In this document: piece by piece, positions 13,290-24,951 of the stretch
Numbering within the stretch: the first letter of the stretch is position 1
How the letters are laid out: the number at the start of each line of letters is the position of its first letter
Source of the DNA: Oikopleura dioica
Taxonomy: Eukaryota; Animalia; Chordata
Length of the DNA stretch: 64,000 nt
Direction of reading: 5' to 3'
NCBI GenBank assembly: GCA_907165135.1
Contig: OU015566.1
Location: 1,736,001 to 1,800,000, forward strand
Position numbers and translations under genes: made by a program
Notes under the pieces: generated by a model
Told to the model about the DNA's origin: nothing
The model's input: the letters and a program-made list of their open reading frames with translations, nothing else
Database searches by the model: none

Positions 13290-13807
13290 ATGAAAATTTT
13301 GCTTTTTCTTTTCCAACTTATTTTGGCAAGTTATAATTCTATTCGTTGCGTCGCATTGGAACTCAAATGCTCTGGCTCAACGTTTTCTTACCGTTTTCAC
13401 GGTGGCTGCGTTCGTGCATACCGAACTTTGGGAAAGCAGGATTTGAATTTTAACGGTGTCTGCAATTTATCACTTTCGGAACTGCGTCCGCCGAGGATTC
13501 GAGAAGGAGAAGTAAGAAATGTATTTAAGCCATCAAAAAAAATTAATCTAGTGCGGAAATACCGCCAAAAATCAGGAAAACGGAGGTCTTCAATGGACAA
13601 ATCGAGTCACGAATGAGCTCTTGGGAATTGACGAAACTTTGACTTGCCGACAAGGCCCTTCTGATGGTGTTTTTGCGCGTAAGAGATAAATTTTTGAGAC
13701 AATAAAGCTTTCATTTTTCAGCTTCTGTGGAAAGCCAAACTCGCGAATTCCGCTGGAACTCCTTGAAAGGAAAATTTGAAATTATCAATGCTTTTGGAAT
13801 GTACTGA
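13290..13807 (+). CDS. Small secreted Cys-containing protein, paralogue 2 (144 aa)
   Basis: Exons 13290-13511, 13552-13678, 13722-13807; frame, Cys pattern and stop conserved with paralogue 1. Confidence 0.75.
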
Positions 13808-14957
13808 ATACAAACATGAAAAATGACAAAAAAATGACGGCTCATTTATCAACATTTTATTCAACATTTTTTATCTAAATATTTTCGGCCTATTAATAAA
13901 TTTGCAGCAGAAATTCACCCAAAAGACGAGCAAGAGCAGGACTCCTAAAAAACAAAAATTTGTCTTTTTGCCTCTTTTTTTTTAATTACCGATCGAGGAA
14001 AATAAAATAATCAAAAGAAGTTCTTCGTTTTCTCTTTGATCAAAATGTTCTAAAAGCGCCTCTTTTAGTTTCATTCTTTCGCGAAAATAAAATTCAATCT
14101 GGCGTATCGGAAAAAATCGACTGGGAGAAGAGGATGATCTGCGGTGGATAAACGTCAAATGAAAGACAATATGGCGGCTCGGATCATCTAATTTGTTTTT
14201 AAGAAAAAAATATTTTTAATAAAAAATTTAAAAAGCAAATTTGAAATTGTTTCTAGAGGCGCAAGAAATACAATCAATCTAGAAGGGGACAATCAGTGAA
14301 AGGCACTTGCGTAATCAAAAAGGCAGCACGAAGTTGAGGCCTGACATTGAACGAGACAAACCTTGGGGCGAATTTTGGCCAACAAAGATCTTAACAATTT
14401 TTTTTTTGTTTTCGGCTTTTTCAGGGCTGTTTGTTCAAGAGAGACCTTCGATTTTTCGAATTCAAAAGGTAATTACAAATGTTATGGAAAAGTGGCTCGA
14501 TTAATCTGGCTGTCTGGTAGACAGTTAATGTTGACGTTAGTTTTTAAATTAAATTTTTGATTAAAAATATAAATTCGAATTTTTTTCGTTTTTTTCCTTA
14601 AAAGTAAATCATTTTTAATAACAAAAACTAAAAAAATAACATTCTACAAAAATGAATGTATCCTTCTTCGGAAAAATAATGCTTTTATTGAAAAATAGAC
14701 GTTTTTACGTCCACTCTCCATTTTTTACCCGCTATCGAATTGTCCCGCGGCGGTGGGTGTGATGCACCTTTTTCAACCCTTTCTTTATATTTTTTCCTTC
14801 CAAACTCCTAAATCCATCTCCCAAGAGACAAGAATTAAACAAGTAAAGTAGTTTTTAACCAGCGAGTTTCACTGTTTTTCATGTAAAAAATGAGTTTGTT
14901 TTAGATTTGGTAGACAAAAGAAAGAGAAAAAAGAAGAGGAAGTGACTGTTACTACTC

Positions 14958-17900
14958 ATGGGAATAAGCTTGCTCAGGAAGAAGGTTTTCCTTGGTTATC
15001 TTGGACAGGTTCGACATGCTTCTCAGGAACGGGCTTCTTTTTTATCTCCTACGGGTGTATCTTCGTTATTTTTTTCTTCAAGAACCCGATTTTTTCTGAA
15101 AATAAGCCCCAAAAAAGCAACAAAGAAAAATTCAAAAAGTGCTGGTAGCGAATCGTGGAGAAATCGCTATTCGAATTTTCAGAAAAGGTGCAATTTTTTG
15201 AACTTGGGAGTTTATTTGATGGAGGTTTTCATTTTATCATTGGATTGTCTTTTTTACTGAGGGATAGAAGAAATTTTTTTATCGAATCTTTTTAGCTCGA
15301 TTTTTACAGGCGGAGAAAACTGATTTTTCGCATGTTTTTGGGTGAAAGAAAGTGGTGAAGAAAGGCACTTTTGAATTCTTGGATTAGAATTTTCCAACGA
15401 AGTGGTCTGTTGTTCGACGGAACTCTTCGTCAGTAGCTCGTTTCAAGTGATCCTTGATGCTAGAAAAGAAAGGTTTTGTTTGACGAAGATTAAGGGGGTA
15501 CGAACGTGAAGACCATGGGCTGTCGTTTTTGGCCGGTAGGGTTGATGAAAATGCCTCGTCTAGTAGACTGAGCTAGATTTTTTTTTTTTAGTAAAAAACT
15601 CGATCTTTTGGTCGCTCGAAGATAATTTCTTTACGTGACTGTTACGGTCAGAGTCTGACCGTCAGACCGTATGTAAATGACTGTAGTTGATCAACTTACC
15701 AGTAAGCTCTTTGAGTTGCGCAACCAACTTCATCCTGAATTTGATGAGATCTCTTGATGTCTTCGAAACAGCGCGATTTCGCTGAATGATTTTCTGTTAG
15801 TCCAAAAACGGGGTGTTGTCGGGGCCTAACCCCCTCTGGCGTCCGATGTTCGGAAGCCTGACGCAAGGTAACCAGAATTTGCAATCGAGGATCAACAATT
15901 TTTGGTCAGATGATGAAACTCAATTTAGCTTGAAGGGAAGACTTTCTTATGTAATCGATTATGTAATGAAGGGGATCAAAGTGGAACTCAGTAACCTCTT
16001 GCTTTTGGGGATATTTTACCTGGTTCTCTCAATTCTTTCTTTTTCTCAGAGTGAGTTTAAGACTAAAAGTGAAGCTATTTGGGAACCTTGGTGCACTTTT
16101 ATCGCCCATTCCCATGATGCTTGTTTTCCGATGTCTTGAAATCGAGACACCAGACAATCTCCCGGCTGATTTTCTCCTATCACTTTCCGTTGAGCTTTTC
16201 ATGTGATCAGCGGCGCAAGAATACAATGAATATGGCCCGAGAGTTGGGATGACGTCATTCTCACTTTTGTTCAGATACTGTTAGTTAGACAGAAGGAGAA
16301 AATAGATGTTAGCGGCTTGAAAAACAGACACCATAAATTCGGCTCAGGATTCTTTCTTCTTGAATTTTTAATAATAAGTAATAGTGATAGGGCAATAACT
16401 TCTTTAGATCGCAGTAAAAACAGAGGAAGCATGTTTATATTTGCTTTAGCAATTTTGGATGGAACTGATATTGATGGTTAAAAATTTGCATCCTATCAAA
16501 GAGCATGCACAGAATTGGACATCGAAACCGTCGCAATCTACGCCGCTGAAGACAAACACTCAGCCCATCGCACCAAAGCTGACACTGCCTACCGCGTTGG
16601 CGAGGGAAAAGCGCCAGTTGCCGCCTATCTCGATGTTCCTGACATCATCCGCATCGCGAAAGAACAAAACGTCGACGCCATCCATCCTGGCTACGGCTTT
16701 CTCTCGGAACGAGCCGATTTCGCTCAAGCTTGTACGGACAATGGGATCAAGTTCATTGGACCCAAGCCGGATATTGTGCACAAAATGGGCGACAAGGTCG
16801 AAGCGAGAGCGATTGCCATCGCCGCTGGGGTTCCTGTCGTTCCGGGAACAGACAATCCGATTGAGAATAACTCCGAAATCCGAAAATTCATCGAGTCTCA
16901 TGGTCTTCCAGTCATCGTCAAAGCCGCTTATGGTGGCGGAGGAAAAGGCATGCGAATCATCCGGAACGAGTCGGAAATCGACTCTCAATTCGAACTCGCC
17001 AAGTCCGAAGCCGCTCGAGCTTTCGGAAACGGAGCTCTTTTTGTCGAAGCCTATCTCGAAAAACCCCGACACATTGAGGTCCAAATCCTCGGAGATGAGC
17101 ACGGAAACATCGTTCACCTCTACGAGCGAGACTGCTCGATTCAGCGACGACATCAAAAAGTTGTGGAAATTGCGCCGGGGCACTTGCTCGACCCTGTTGT
17201 CAGACAAAACATGTTGGACGACGCTGTCAAGCTCTGCAAATACGTTGGTTACCAAAACGCTGGAACGGTGGAATTCTTGCTCGATTCCGAAGGCCGTCAC
17301 TTTTTCATCGAGGTCAATTCGCGTCTACAAGTCGAGCATACAATCACCGAGCAAGTAACTGGAGTTGACTTGGTACAGTCGCAGATCAAAATTGCCGAGG
17401 GCGCCAATTTGGAAACAGACCTTCATCTCGTCCAGGATAATATCAAGACCCAGGGTACTGCCATCCAATGTAGAGTGACAACGGAAGATCCGGAGAAAGA
17501 CTTTTCCCCGGATACTGGAAGAATCGAAGTTTTCCGAACTGCTGAGGGCATGGGAGTCCGACTCGACTCCGCTGCCGCTTTTCCTGGAGCCATCATTTCG
17601 CCGCACTACGATTCGCTTCTTTGCAAAGTCATTTGCTCCGGACGAGACATGGCCGACGCTTCGAAAAAGATGTCGCGAACTTTGGAAGAGTTCAGAATCA
17701 GAGGAGTCAAAACAAACATCCCGTTTCTCAAAAATGTAGCCAAAAATCCGCAGTTCATCGGAGGCGCCTGTGATACGACTTTTATCGATGCAAATCCGAG
17801 TCTTTTCAATTTCTCACGATCGGAGGATCGGGGGACAAAACTGCTGAATTATCTTTCTGAATTGATGGTGAACGGGCCGATGTGTGACTTGCCGGTAGAT

Positions 17901-20570
17901 GTCAAACCAGCTGATGTTCAGGAACTGACTTTTATTTTAAGATAATTGAAATTTGCGGGGATAAACCCTAAGGGCCGCCCGAGGACTAAAGTTCATTAAT
18001 CGATTTGAGTTTTTGATTCAAAGAATTTTCATATTTTAATTTCACACAAAGAAGAAAATTTTAACAGTTACGATTTTTATCTCGGTCATTAGTCTAGAAA
18101 ATTTTTCGGGAATTATTTTTAAGTCCGTTGAAAGCCGACAATTTCTGGTCATTCTAAACCACTCGGCTCAACCTCCGCCCCACCTGGCTGGCGAGACATT
18201 TTGAAGTCCCGAGGACCTGAAGGATATGCCAAGGCTGTACGCCAGAACCCTGGCCTGCTCATTACAGACACAACAATGCGAGACGCACATCAATCTCTTC
18301 TCGCCACACGAGTACGAACACGAGACTTATTGGGTTGCGCGCCGTTTGTCGCTGGAGAGATGCAACATCTTGGCTCTCTAGAGTGCTGGGGCGGGGCGAC
18401 TTTCGACGTTGCCTTGCGATTCTTGAGGGAGTGTCCGTGGGAGCGATTGCAAGAGCTAAGAACGCAGATTCCAAATATTCCCTTTCAAATGCTTCTTCGA
18501 GGAGCAAACGCAGTTGGCTACACAAACTACCCGGACAACGGCGTTCGGGAATTTTGTCAACTTGCCCACGACAACGGGATGGACATTTTCCGAGTTTTCG
18601 ACTGTCTCAACTACCTGCCAAATTTGATCTTCGGAATGGAAGCTGCTGGACAATCAGGAAGTGTTGTTGAAGCTGCGATTAGCTACACAAGCGACTGTAC
18701 CGTCCAACAAGGAAACAAGTACAACTTGGATTACTACATTAAACTCGCAAATGAGCTGGTCAGAAATGGCGCTCACATCTTGTGTATCAAGGATATGGCT
18801 GGCTTACTGACTCCAAAGGTAAAAATCATAACCTGTTTCTTTTTTATCTGTTTTGATATTTTCATTTTTTTGACTACATTGAATGAATTCCTGAATGTCT
18901 CCTCTCTAGTCGTTGATATGGCTCCTGTAATATTGTTTTCGCCCCACTCAACAGCAAAGCTCCCTATTTCAACTTATTTTAAGTCCGCCCATATGCTAAT
19001 CGACGCCCTTCGTCAGCGATTCCCCGACATTCCGATCCACGTCCACACTCATGACACTGCTGGAGTCGGTGTTGCCGCAATGCTGGCCTGCTATGATGCT
19101 GGAGCTGACATGGTCGATGCTGCTGTCGACAGCATGTCCGGAATGACATCACAGCCATCAATGGGCGCTCTCGTTGCTTCTGCGGGAGAAGTTGATACAA
19201 TGCTCAAGTTGAAGAATGTCTGGAAATACAGCGATTACTGGGAGCAAGGTAAGCCTTGAAAAAGAAACGCTTCTGAAATCCATTTAGCTCGAACACTCTA
19301 CTCGCCATTTGACTGCACTGCCACGATGAAATCTGGATCATCAGACGTTTACGAACACGAGATTCCTGGAGGACAATACACAAATCTGCACTTCCAGGCG
19401 TACTCAATGGGTCTTGGCGATCAATTCAAAGAAGTCAAGCAGAAATATGCAGAGGCAAATGAGCTTTTAGGAAACATTATCAAAGGTAACGATTTTTGCA
19501 AGAACCATAACCCAAGGATATAAAGTTTAAATTTAAATTTTCTGAAATCGTCAAAATTGAGTTAAGATTAAGAAGGTAACCTTCCGTGTTAGCCGTAATA
19601 AAGTTCACTTACACTTCTGATTCATAATTTATGAATCTTTTTAGTCACTCCATCATCAAAAGTCGTTGGTGATCTGGCCCAATTCATGGTCCACAACAAC
19701 CTCTCCGCTGAAGACGTCAAAAACACTGCCAAAGACCTCAGTTTCCCCAATTCAGTCATCGACATGATGCAGGGCGGCCTTGGCATCCCGGTTGGTGGTT
19801 TCCCCGAGCCGTTGAGAAGCGATATTGTTGGATCTCTACCGACGATTCATGGAAGACCTGGAGAGAGCATGGAGCCAATAGACTTTACGAAAATTGAAAA
19901 TGAGCTGATCTCGAAGTACAAGGATTTGAACATAAGCGCGGAAGATGTGATGTCCTACGCTATGTACCCAGGTAAGAAAATTTATTCTAGAGACTCAATT
20001 TTTTGAAGGATCCCCCTCATTTTTTATCTTTAGCTGTCACTGATGAATATCTCCGCTTCAAATCCCAATACGGCCGCGTTTCCGGCCTCGAAACCCGCAA
20101 ATTCTTTGTCGGCCCTGACATTGCCGAAGAATTCGATGTCGAACTCGCTCCGGGCAAAATCGTTTCTGTCAAGCCCCTCGCTGTCACTGACTTGAACGCA
20201 TCCGGCGAGCGCGAGGTGTTTTTCAACTACAACGGAGCGCTCCGAAGTTTGATGGTCAAGGACAAGGAAGCGGCGAAGACAATCGTTTTGCATCCAAAAG
20301 CGACTGCTGGAGTGATCGGGTCTGTTGGAGCGCCGATGCCGGGAGAGGTGATCAAGCTTTTGGTAAAAACAGGACAGAAGGTCAAGCAAGGAGATTCCAT
20401 CGCGGTTCTCAGGTAAGTCTTCTTGGCTTATACATCTTTTTTCATCAAATTCTAGTGCCATGAAAATGGAAACCAACATCCCTGCCCCTTGCGATGGCGT
20501 CATCGGAAACTGCCCAGCCAAAATCGGCCAGTCTTTGACCAAAGACGATCTCATTTGCGACATTAACTAA
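14958..20570 (+). CDS. PC: Pyruvate carboxylase, with probable mitochondrial transit peptide
   Basis: Exons 14958-15054, 15107-~15182, ~16502-17921, 18135-18818, 18984-19248, 19288-19485, 19645-19971, 20034-20412, 20456-20570; [12 protein letters not shown], biotin carboxylase, [15 protein letters not shown] carboxyltransferase and SAMKME biotinyl-lysine motifs. Confidence 0.97.
15384..16202 (-). CDS. Uncharacterised gene nested antisense in pyruvate carboxylase intron 2
   Basis: Three 3' exons join in frame with GT-AG introns ([31 protein letters not shown]|[23 protein letters not shown]|IKDHLKR...GKF*); ATG exon at 16202-16087; middle junctions not resolved. Confidence 0.55.
16250..16257. 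promoter_or_regulatory. Perfect CRE palindrome (TGACGTCA) 48 bp upstream of the nested gene ATG
   Basis: Exact 8-mer; the same TGACGTCATTCTC 13-mer lies upstream of the small membrane-protein gene at 44323. Confidence 0.35.
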
Positions 20571-21258
20571 TTCTTCTTTTTTTCCAAACCAAGTTCACGA
20601 CTATTAACTTTTTTACTCTCAAGTTCACGCTCACGGCAAAAATCATTTAGCCACTCTTTTATCTTCACTGTTATGTGTTTTTCCTTTCTTCCAAATTATG
20701 AAATCTGACTGTCTCTTGTTTCGATCGAAAAACTTATTGTCTGACTTTTTATCTATTCTTTTAGTTCACTTTTAGCAATAAAACTTATTTATCAATCAAA
20801 GAATGTGTTTTATTTCTCTAGAAAAAAGGAGATTTGTTTAGTTACAGGCATGTTAACAGCAGTTTTTCAGGATTTAAGGATAAAAAAGGAATTTTTTTCT
20901 CAGAAAAAAATTGTTAAAAAGGCAATTTTTAGTTCTTTTTTTTTAATAAAAATGGTTTAAAATAAGGGTGTCTCTTCGAAATTCTATCCTTTGAAAAGTT
21001 ATTCAGTTTAATTTACCCCGTTTTTGTTCGATCATTTTGTTTCCTTGTGACCTTGAGTTTGGGCTCTCTGGTCTGCAGAAGTGTTAATAAAATCGCGCGT
21101 GAGGTAATCTACAGTACGCTCTGAGCAGAAATTGCGCGTTTTTCAGCCGCCAAGCACGCAGCGCTAAAATCAATAAATGGCAAGGCTATCTGAAATTTGC
21201 CGAAAAATCTAAACCAGGATTTTTGCAGATCAGACGAATAGCTAGAGCGAATTCAAAT

Positions 21259-23864
21259 ATGAGCAGAGCAAGACTTCTTTCAACTTCTACTCCCCAGGTA
21301 AGAAAATGAATAGTAAAAATCAACGGAGCGGAAATCGAGAAAAAAAATAGTATTGACTGTTTTATTTTCGATTTTCTAAAAATAATTTGACTGAAAATTA
21401 AGCATAAAATATTTCCGATAACTCATCCGAGCTTCTTTTTCTTCATTTTCATCAAAGTGATCGTCAGTAAGCTGCTTGTAATTATCTTGTAGACGAACGA
21501 GTTCATGAGTTCTTAGAAACCATTTTCAAAATTTGTTTTTTACATGGATCAAGAAACAGGTTTTTTGAAAAGTTCCTGAGTGGAATGGGCTCACTTCCGA
21601 AATGGTCGAAAATTTTAAAAGAATTGAAAATGCAAGAAATAGTTGGAAAAAGGAGAAAAACTGTAAAAATCATTTTTTAAGACAGTCAAAGGCCTGCACT
21701 TGAAGGTGCTTTTATACCTATTCGTTGAACTTCTACATCCCCATTATAAAAATTAAAAAGGGAAATGTCCCAACATTATCCAAAAACAAGAATAGTCTCC
21801 TTTCCAACTTCTGTTTATTTTCTGAATGTCGATCACAGCCATTCATTTGAACTTTCAGATCATGGCCCAGGGTGCTTCCACAGCCCTCGAACACAACTGT
21901 CTGCTAGACATCGACGCCTCCCAGCGACCCCACCGAGGCTCCCACATTGTCTGCACCATTGGCCCAGTCTCTCGATCCGTCGAAAAGCTCACTGAATTGA
22001 TTGAAGCTGGCATGGACATTGTCCGAATGAACTTCTCCCACGGAACCCACGACTACCACCGCGAGACCATCCTCAACGTCCGAAAAGCCATCGACAATCT
22101 TCGAGCCAAGAAGACTCTCTTCAAGCCCGTTGCCATTGCCCTCGACACCAAGGGACCTGAAATCCGAACCGGTCTCCTCGTTGGCGGCGGCTCCGCCATT
22201 GTCACTCTCGTCAAGGGCGAGAAAATCACCCTTTCCCTAGACGAAGCCGACTTCGAAAAGGGCACCAAGGACAAGATCTACGTCGATTACAAGAACCTTT
22301 CCAAAGTTATCAAGAAGGGTGACTTGATCTTCATCGACGATGGTCTTATTTCCGTCAAAGCCGTCGATGTCAAGCCAAATGCCATCGTCTGCGAAATTCA
22401 GAACGGTGGAGAACTCGGATCTAAGAAGGGATGCAACTTGCCCGGAATCGAAGTTGATCTCCCTGCTGTTTCCGAGAAGGACAAGGCTGACTTGCTCTTC
22501 GGTGTTGAAATGGGAGTCGACATGGTCTTCGCTTCATTCATCCGAAAAGCTGCTGATGTCATGGCTGTCCGCGATGTTCTTGGAGAAGAAGTAAGTTGGT
22601 CTTTTGAAATAAATAAGTAATTATTAATTTCAGGGAGCTGCTATCAAAATCATTTCCAAAATCGAAAACCACGAAGGTGTTCGGAAAGTCAGCGAAGTCA
22701 TCGAGGCCTCCGACGGAATCATGGTTGCCCGAGGCGACATGGGAATCGAAATCCCCGCTGAGAAGGTCTTCCTTGCACAGAAAATGATCATCGGCCGATG
22801 CAATGTTGTTGGCAAGCCAGTCATCTGTGCTACCCAGATGTTGGAAAGCATGACTTCCAAGCCTCGACCTACTCGGTAAGAAACACATTTGAGGGATTTT
22901 CCTTATTCATATTCTAGAGCTGAAGTCAGTGATGTCGCCAACGCAGTTTTGGACGGCGCTGATTGCGTCATGCTTTCTGGCGAAACCGCAAAGGGTGAGT
23001 ACCCAGTCGAAGCTGTCCAGATGATGGCAAGAATCGCCCGAGATGCCGAGAGCGCTATCTTCACCGAACAGGTTCCCTCTTATTTCCCACCCTCTGTTTG
23101 ATGATTTTCTAGACCTTCGCCGACATCAAGGCTAACACTGGCGTCAGCAAGGAGTGGACCGAAGTCATCGGCTCCTCCGTCGTCGAAGCCGCCAACAAGT
23201 GCAACGCCGCCGCAATTGTTGTTCTTACCCGCACTGGTGATTCCGCTCAGCGAATTTCCAAGGTAAAACCCATCCTCTCTCTTTCTTTTCAAACCATTTC
23301 CAGTACCGACCCGCCTGCCCGATCCTCGCTGTCTCCCGATTCGAGCAGACTGCTCGACAATGCTACCTCCACCGAGGAGTTCACCCTCTCCTCTACACCG
23401 AACCCGTCCAGAGCAAATGGGAAGATGACATTGAAGCCCGAGTTCAGTTTGCGTTCAAATCCGCCCTCGATCGAGGTTTTGTCAAGTAAGTCATCCTTTT
23501 TACGAAAATTGATTCAAAAATGATTCTCCTTTTCACAAATTGATTCAAGGAAAGATCAACTCGCGTTGATCGTCACCGGGCCAAGTGAAGATAAGGCTGA
23601 CAGATTTGTTGTCAGAACTATCTAAAGGGTAATTGCCGATTTGGTTTGTTTTCGTTTCAGTTACAGTCTCTTACAGTTAGCTTACAGTTTTGATGTCCAC
23701 TTAACTAGCCATTCTTTGCATGTTTTTTTTTTTTGTAAAAATCTGTAATCTTATTCTCATTAATATTTTCTAGAGCCGGCCAAATCGCAGTCGTCGTCAA
23801 CGGCTGGGCGCGCGGAAAAGCGCAGACAACAAATACCATGCGTCTCATGACCATTTCTGCCTGA
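21259..23864 (+). CDS. PK: Pyruvate kinase with two candidate terminal exons
   Basis: Exons 21259-21297, 21859-22590, 22634-22875, 22918-23071, 23113-23262, 23304-23485, then 23550-23625 or 23774-23864; motifs [57 protein letters not shown]. Confidence 0.97.
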
Positions 23865-24048
23865 GTTTCTTCCTGTACATTACAATAAATTATTCAAAGC
23901 GAAACTTGTGTATTCAAATTTCTTTCTCTCCGCTTAAGCCCTTCGATAGCCCTCACGCGAATTTGAAAAAACACGCGCTGCAGTTTATCTTAGCGGGAGA
24001 TTCAGGTTTATAAACGGAGAAAAAAGTTGAAAAATCCAAAAAACAATT

Positions 24049-24707
24049 ATGGGAAATCTTTTAAAATTCATCGCTTTTTTCCTCGCTTTCATCGGCCAAG
24101 TTGCCAACATCACCGTCGAAGCTGGCAAGAAGTACAAGAAGGCGAAGAAAGCAGCTCCCGAACCTGAGCCAGAACTCGAGCAAGAGTACGAGAACGAAAA
24201 TGAGATGGAGAAAGAAGGACCTCAAAATGACTGTAGGTTCATAATAAAAGATTTTACTTTATTGAAATTCTAGTGATGCTTTTCGCCTTGATGGTTGGCG
24301 GAGTTTGGCTGGCGCTGATTGGCATTCGACGGGTTTCTAGAGCTTTTTGTGGATCTGTCAATATTGAGGTAGAAATCAAATCTTGAAAAAAACTTCTTCA
24401 TCTATCATTTTCAGACTTTTGGAATCTTCCTTGCCGTCGCCATGTCCTACTACTGCTACTCTGGAAACCCTGAGCTTTTCTCAACCATGGTTAAACTCAC
24501 GTCTTTCTTAAATCACAACAGTATCTCTAGAATGGAAACTTCACCAAGCTCCTCGCCTCGAAATCTGCTCCTGATTTCGGTGCCGCGGCGATGGAAGTGT
24601 TCCGGAACTTGGCTCAAATTCTCCTCGTTGTTTTCAAAGACGGATTTACCTGCATTTCTGGTCTTTTCAATTCTGCTCAGAATTCTTTCAACCCTGTCAA
24701 GAAGTGA
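24049..24707 (+). CDS. Uncharacterised small multi-pass membrane protein
   Basis: Exons 24049-24232, 24274-24368, 24415-24489, 24531-24707 join in frame with ~41-46 nt GT-AG introns; several hydrophobic segments. Confidence 0.7.
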
Positions 24708-24951
24708 AAATTAGAATAAAAATCACCAAAAAAGGTTGAAGATTTTCAATTTTTCATCCGATTCTGCATTTGAAAGGTCATTTTCCGGGCGTGTTCTTTG
24801 AAGCAGGTGCCCTACATTTAAAGAAATTGTTCAATATTTAATTTGCAAGCGCGTGTTTAGTCACTAATCAAATAATTTTCCGAATCACCCGGAATTTGAA
24901 TTTCTTTCAAATTTCCTTTCATTCAGCGCTTGTGTTACAGAGTATGGAAAA

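Noticed and set aside
14100-14560. Short ORFs upstream of pyruvate carboxylase
   Set aside because: No recognisable motif or convincing splice chain; likely promoter or UTR
16459-17809. Long alternative-frame and antisense ORFs over pyruvate carboxylase (299 aa, 246 aa, others)
   Set aside because: Shadow ORFs of a strongly codon-biased gene; same for those over PK, integrin and SLCO
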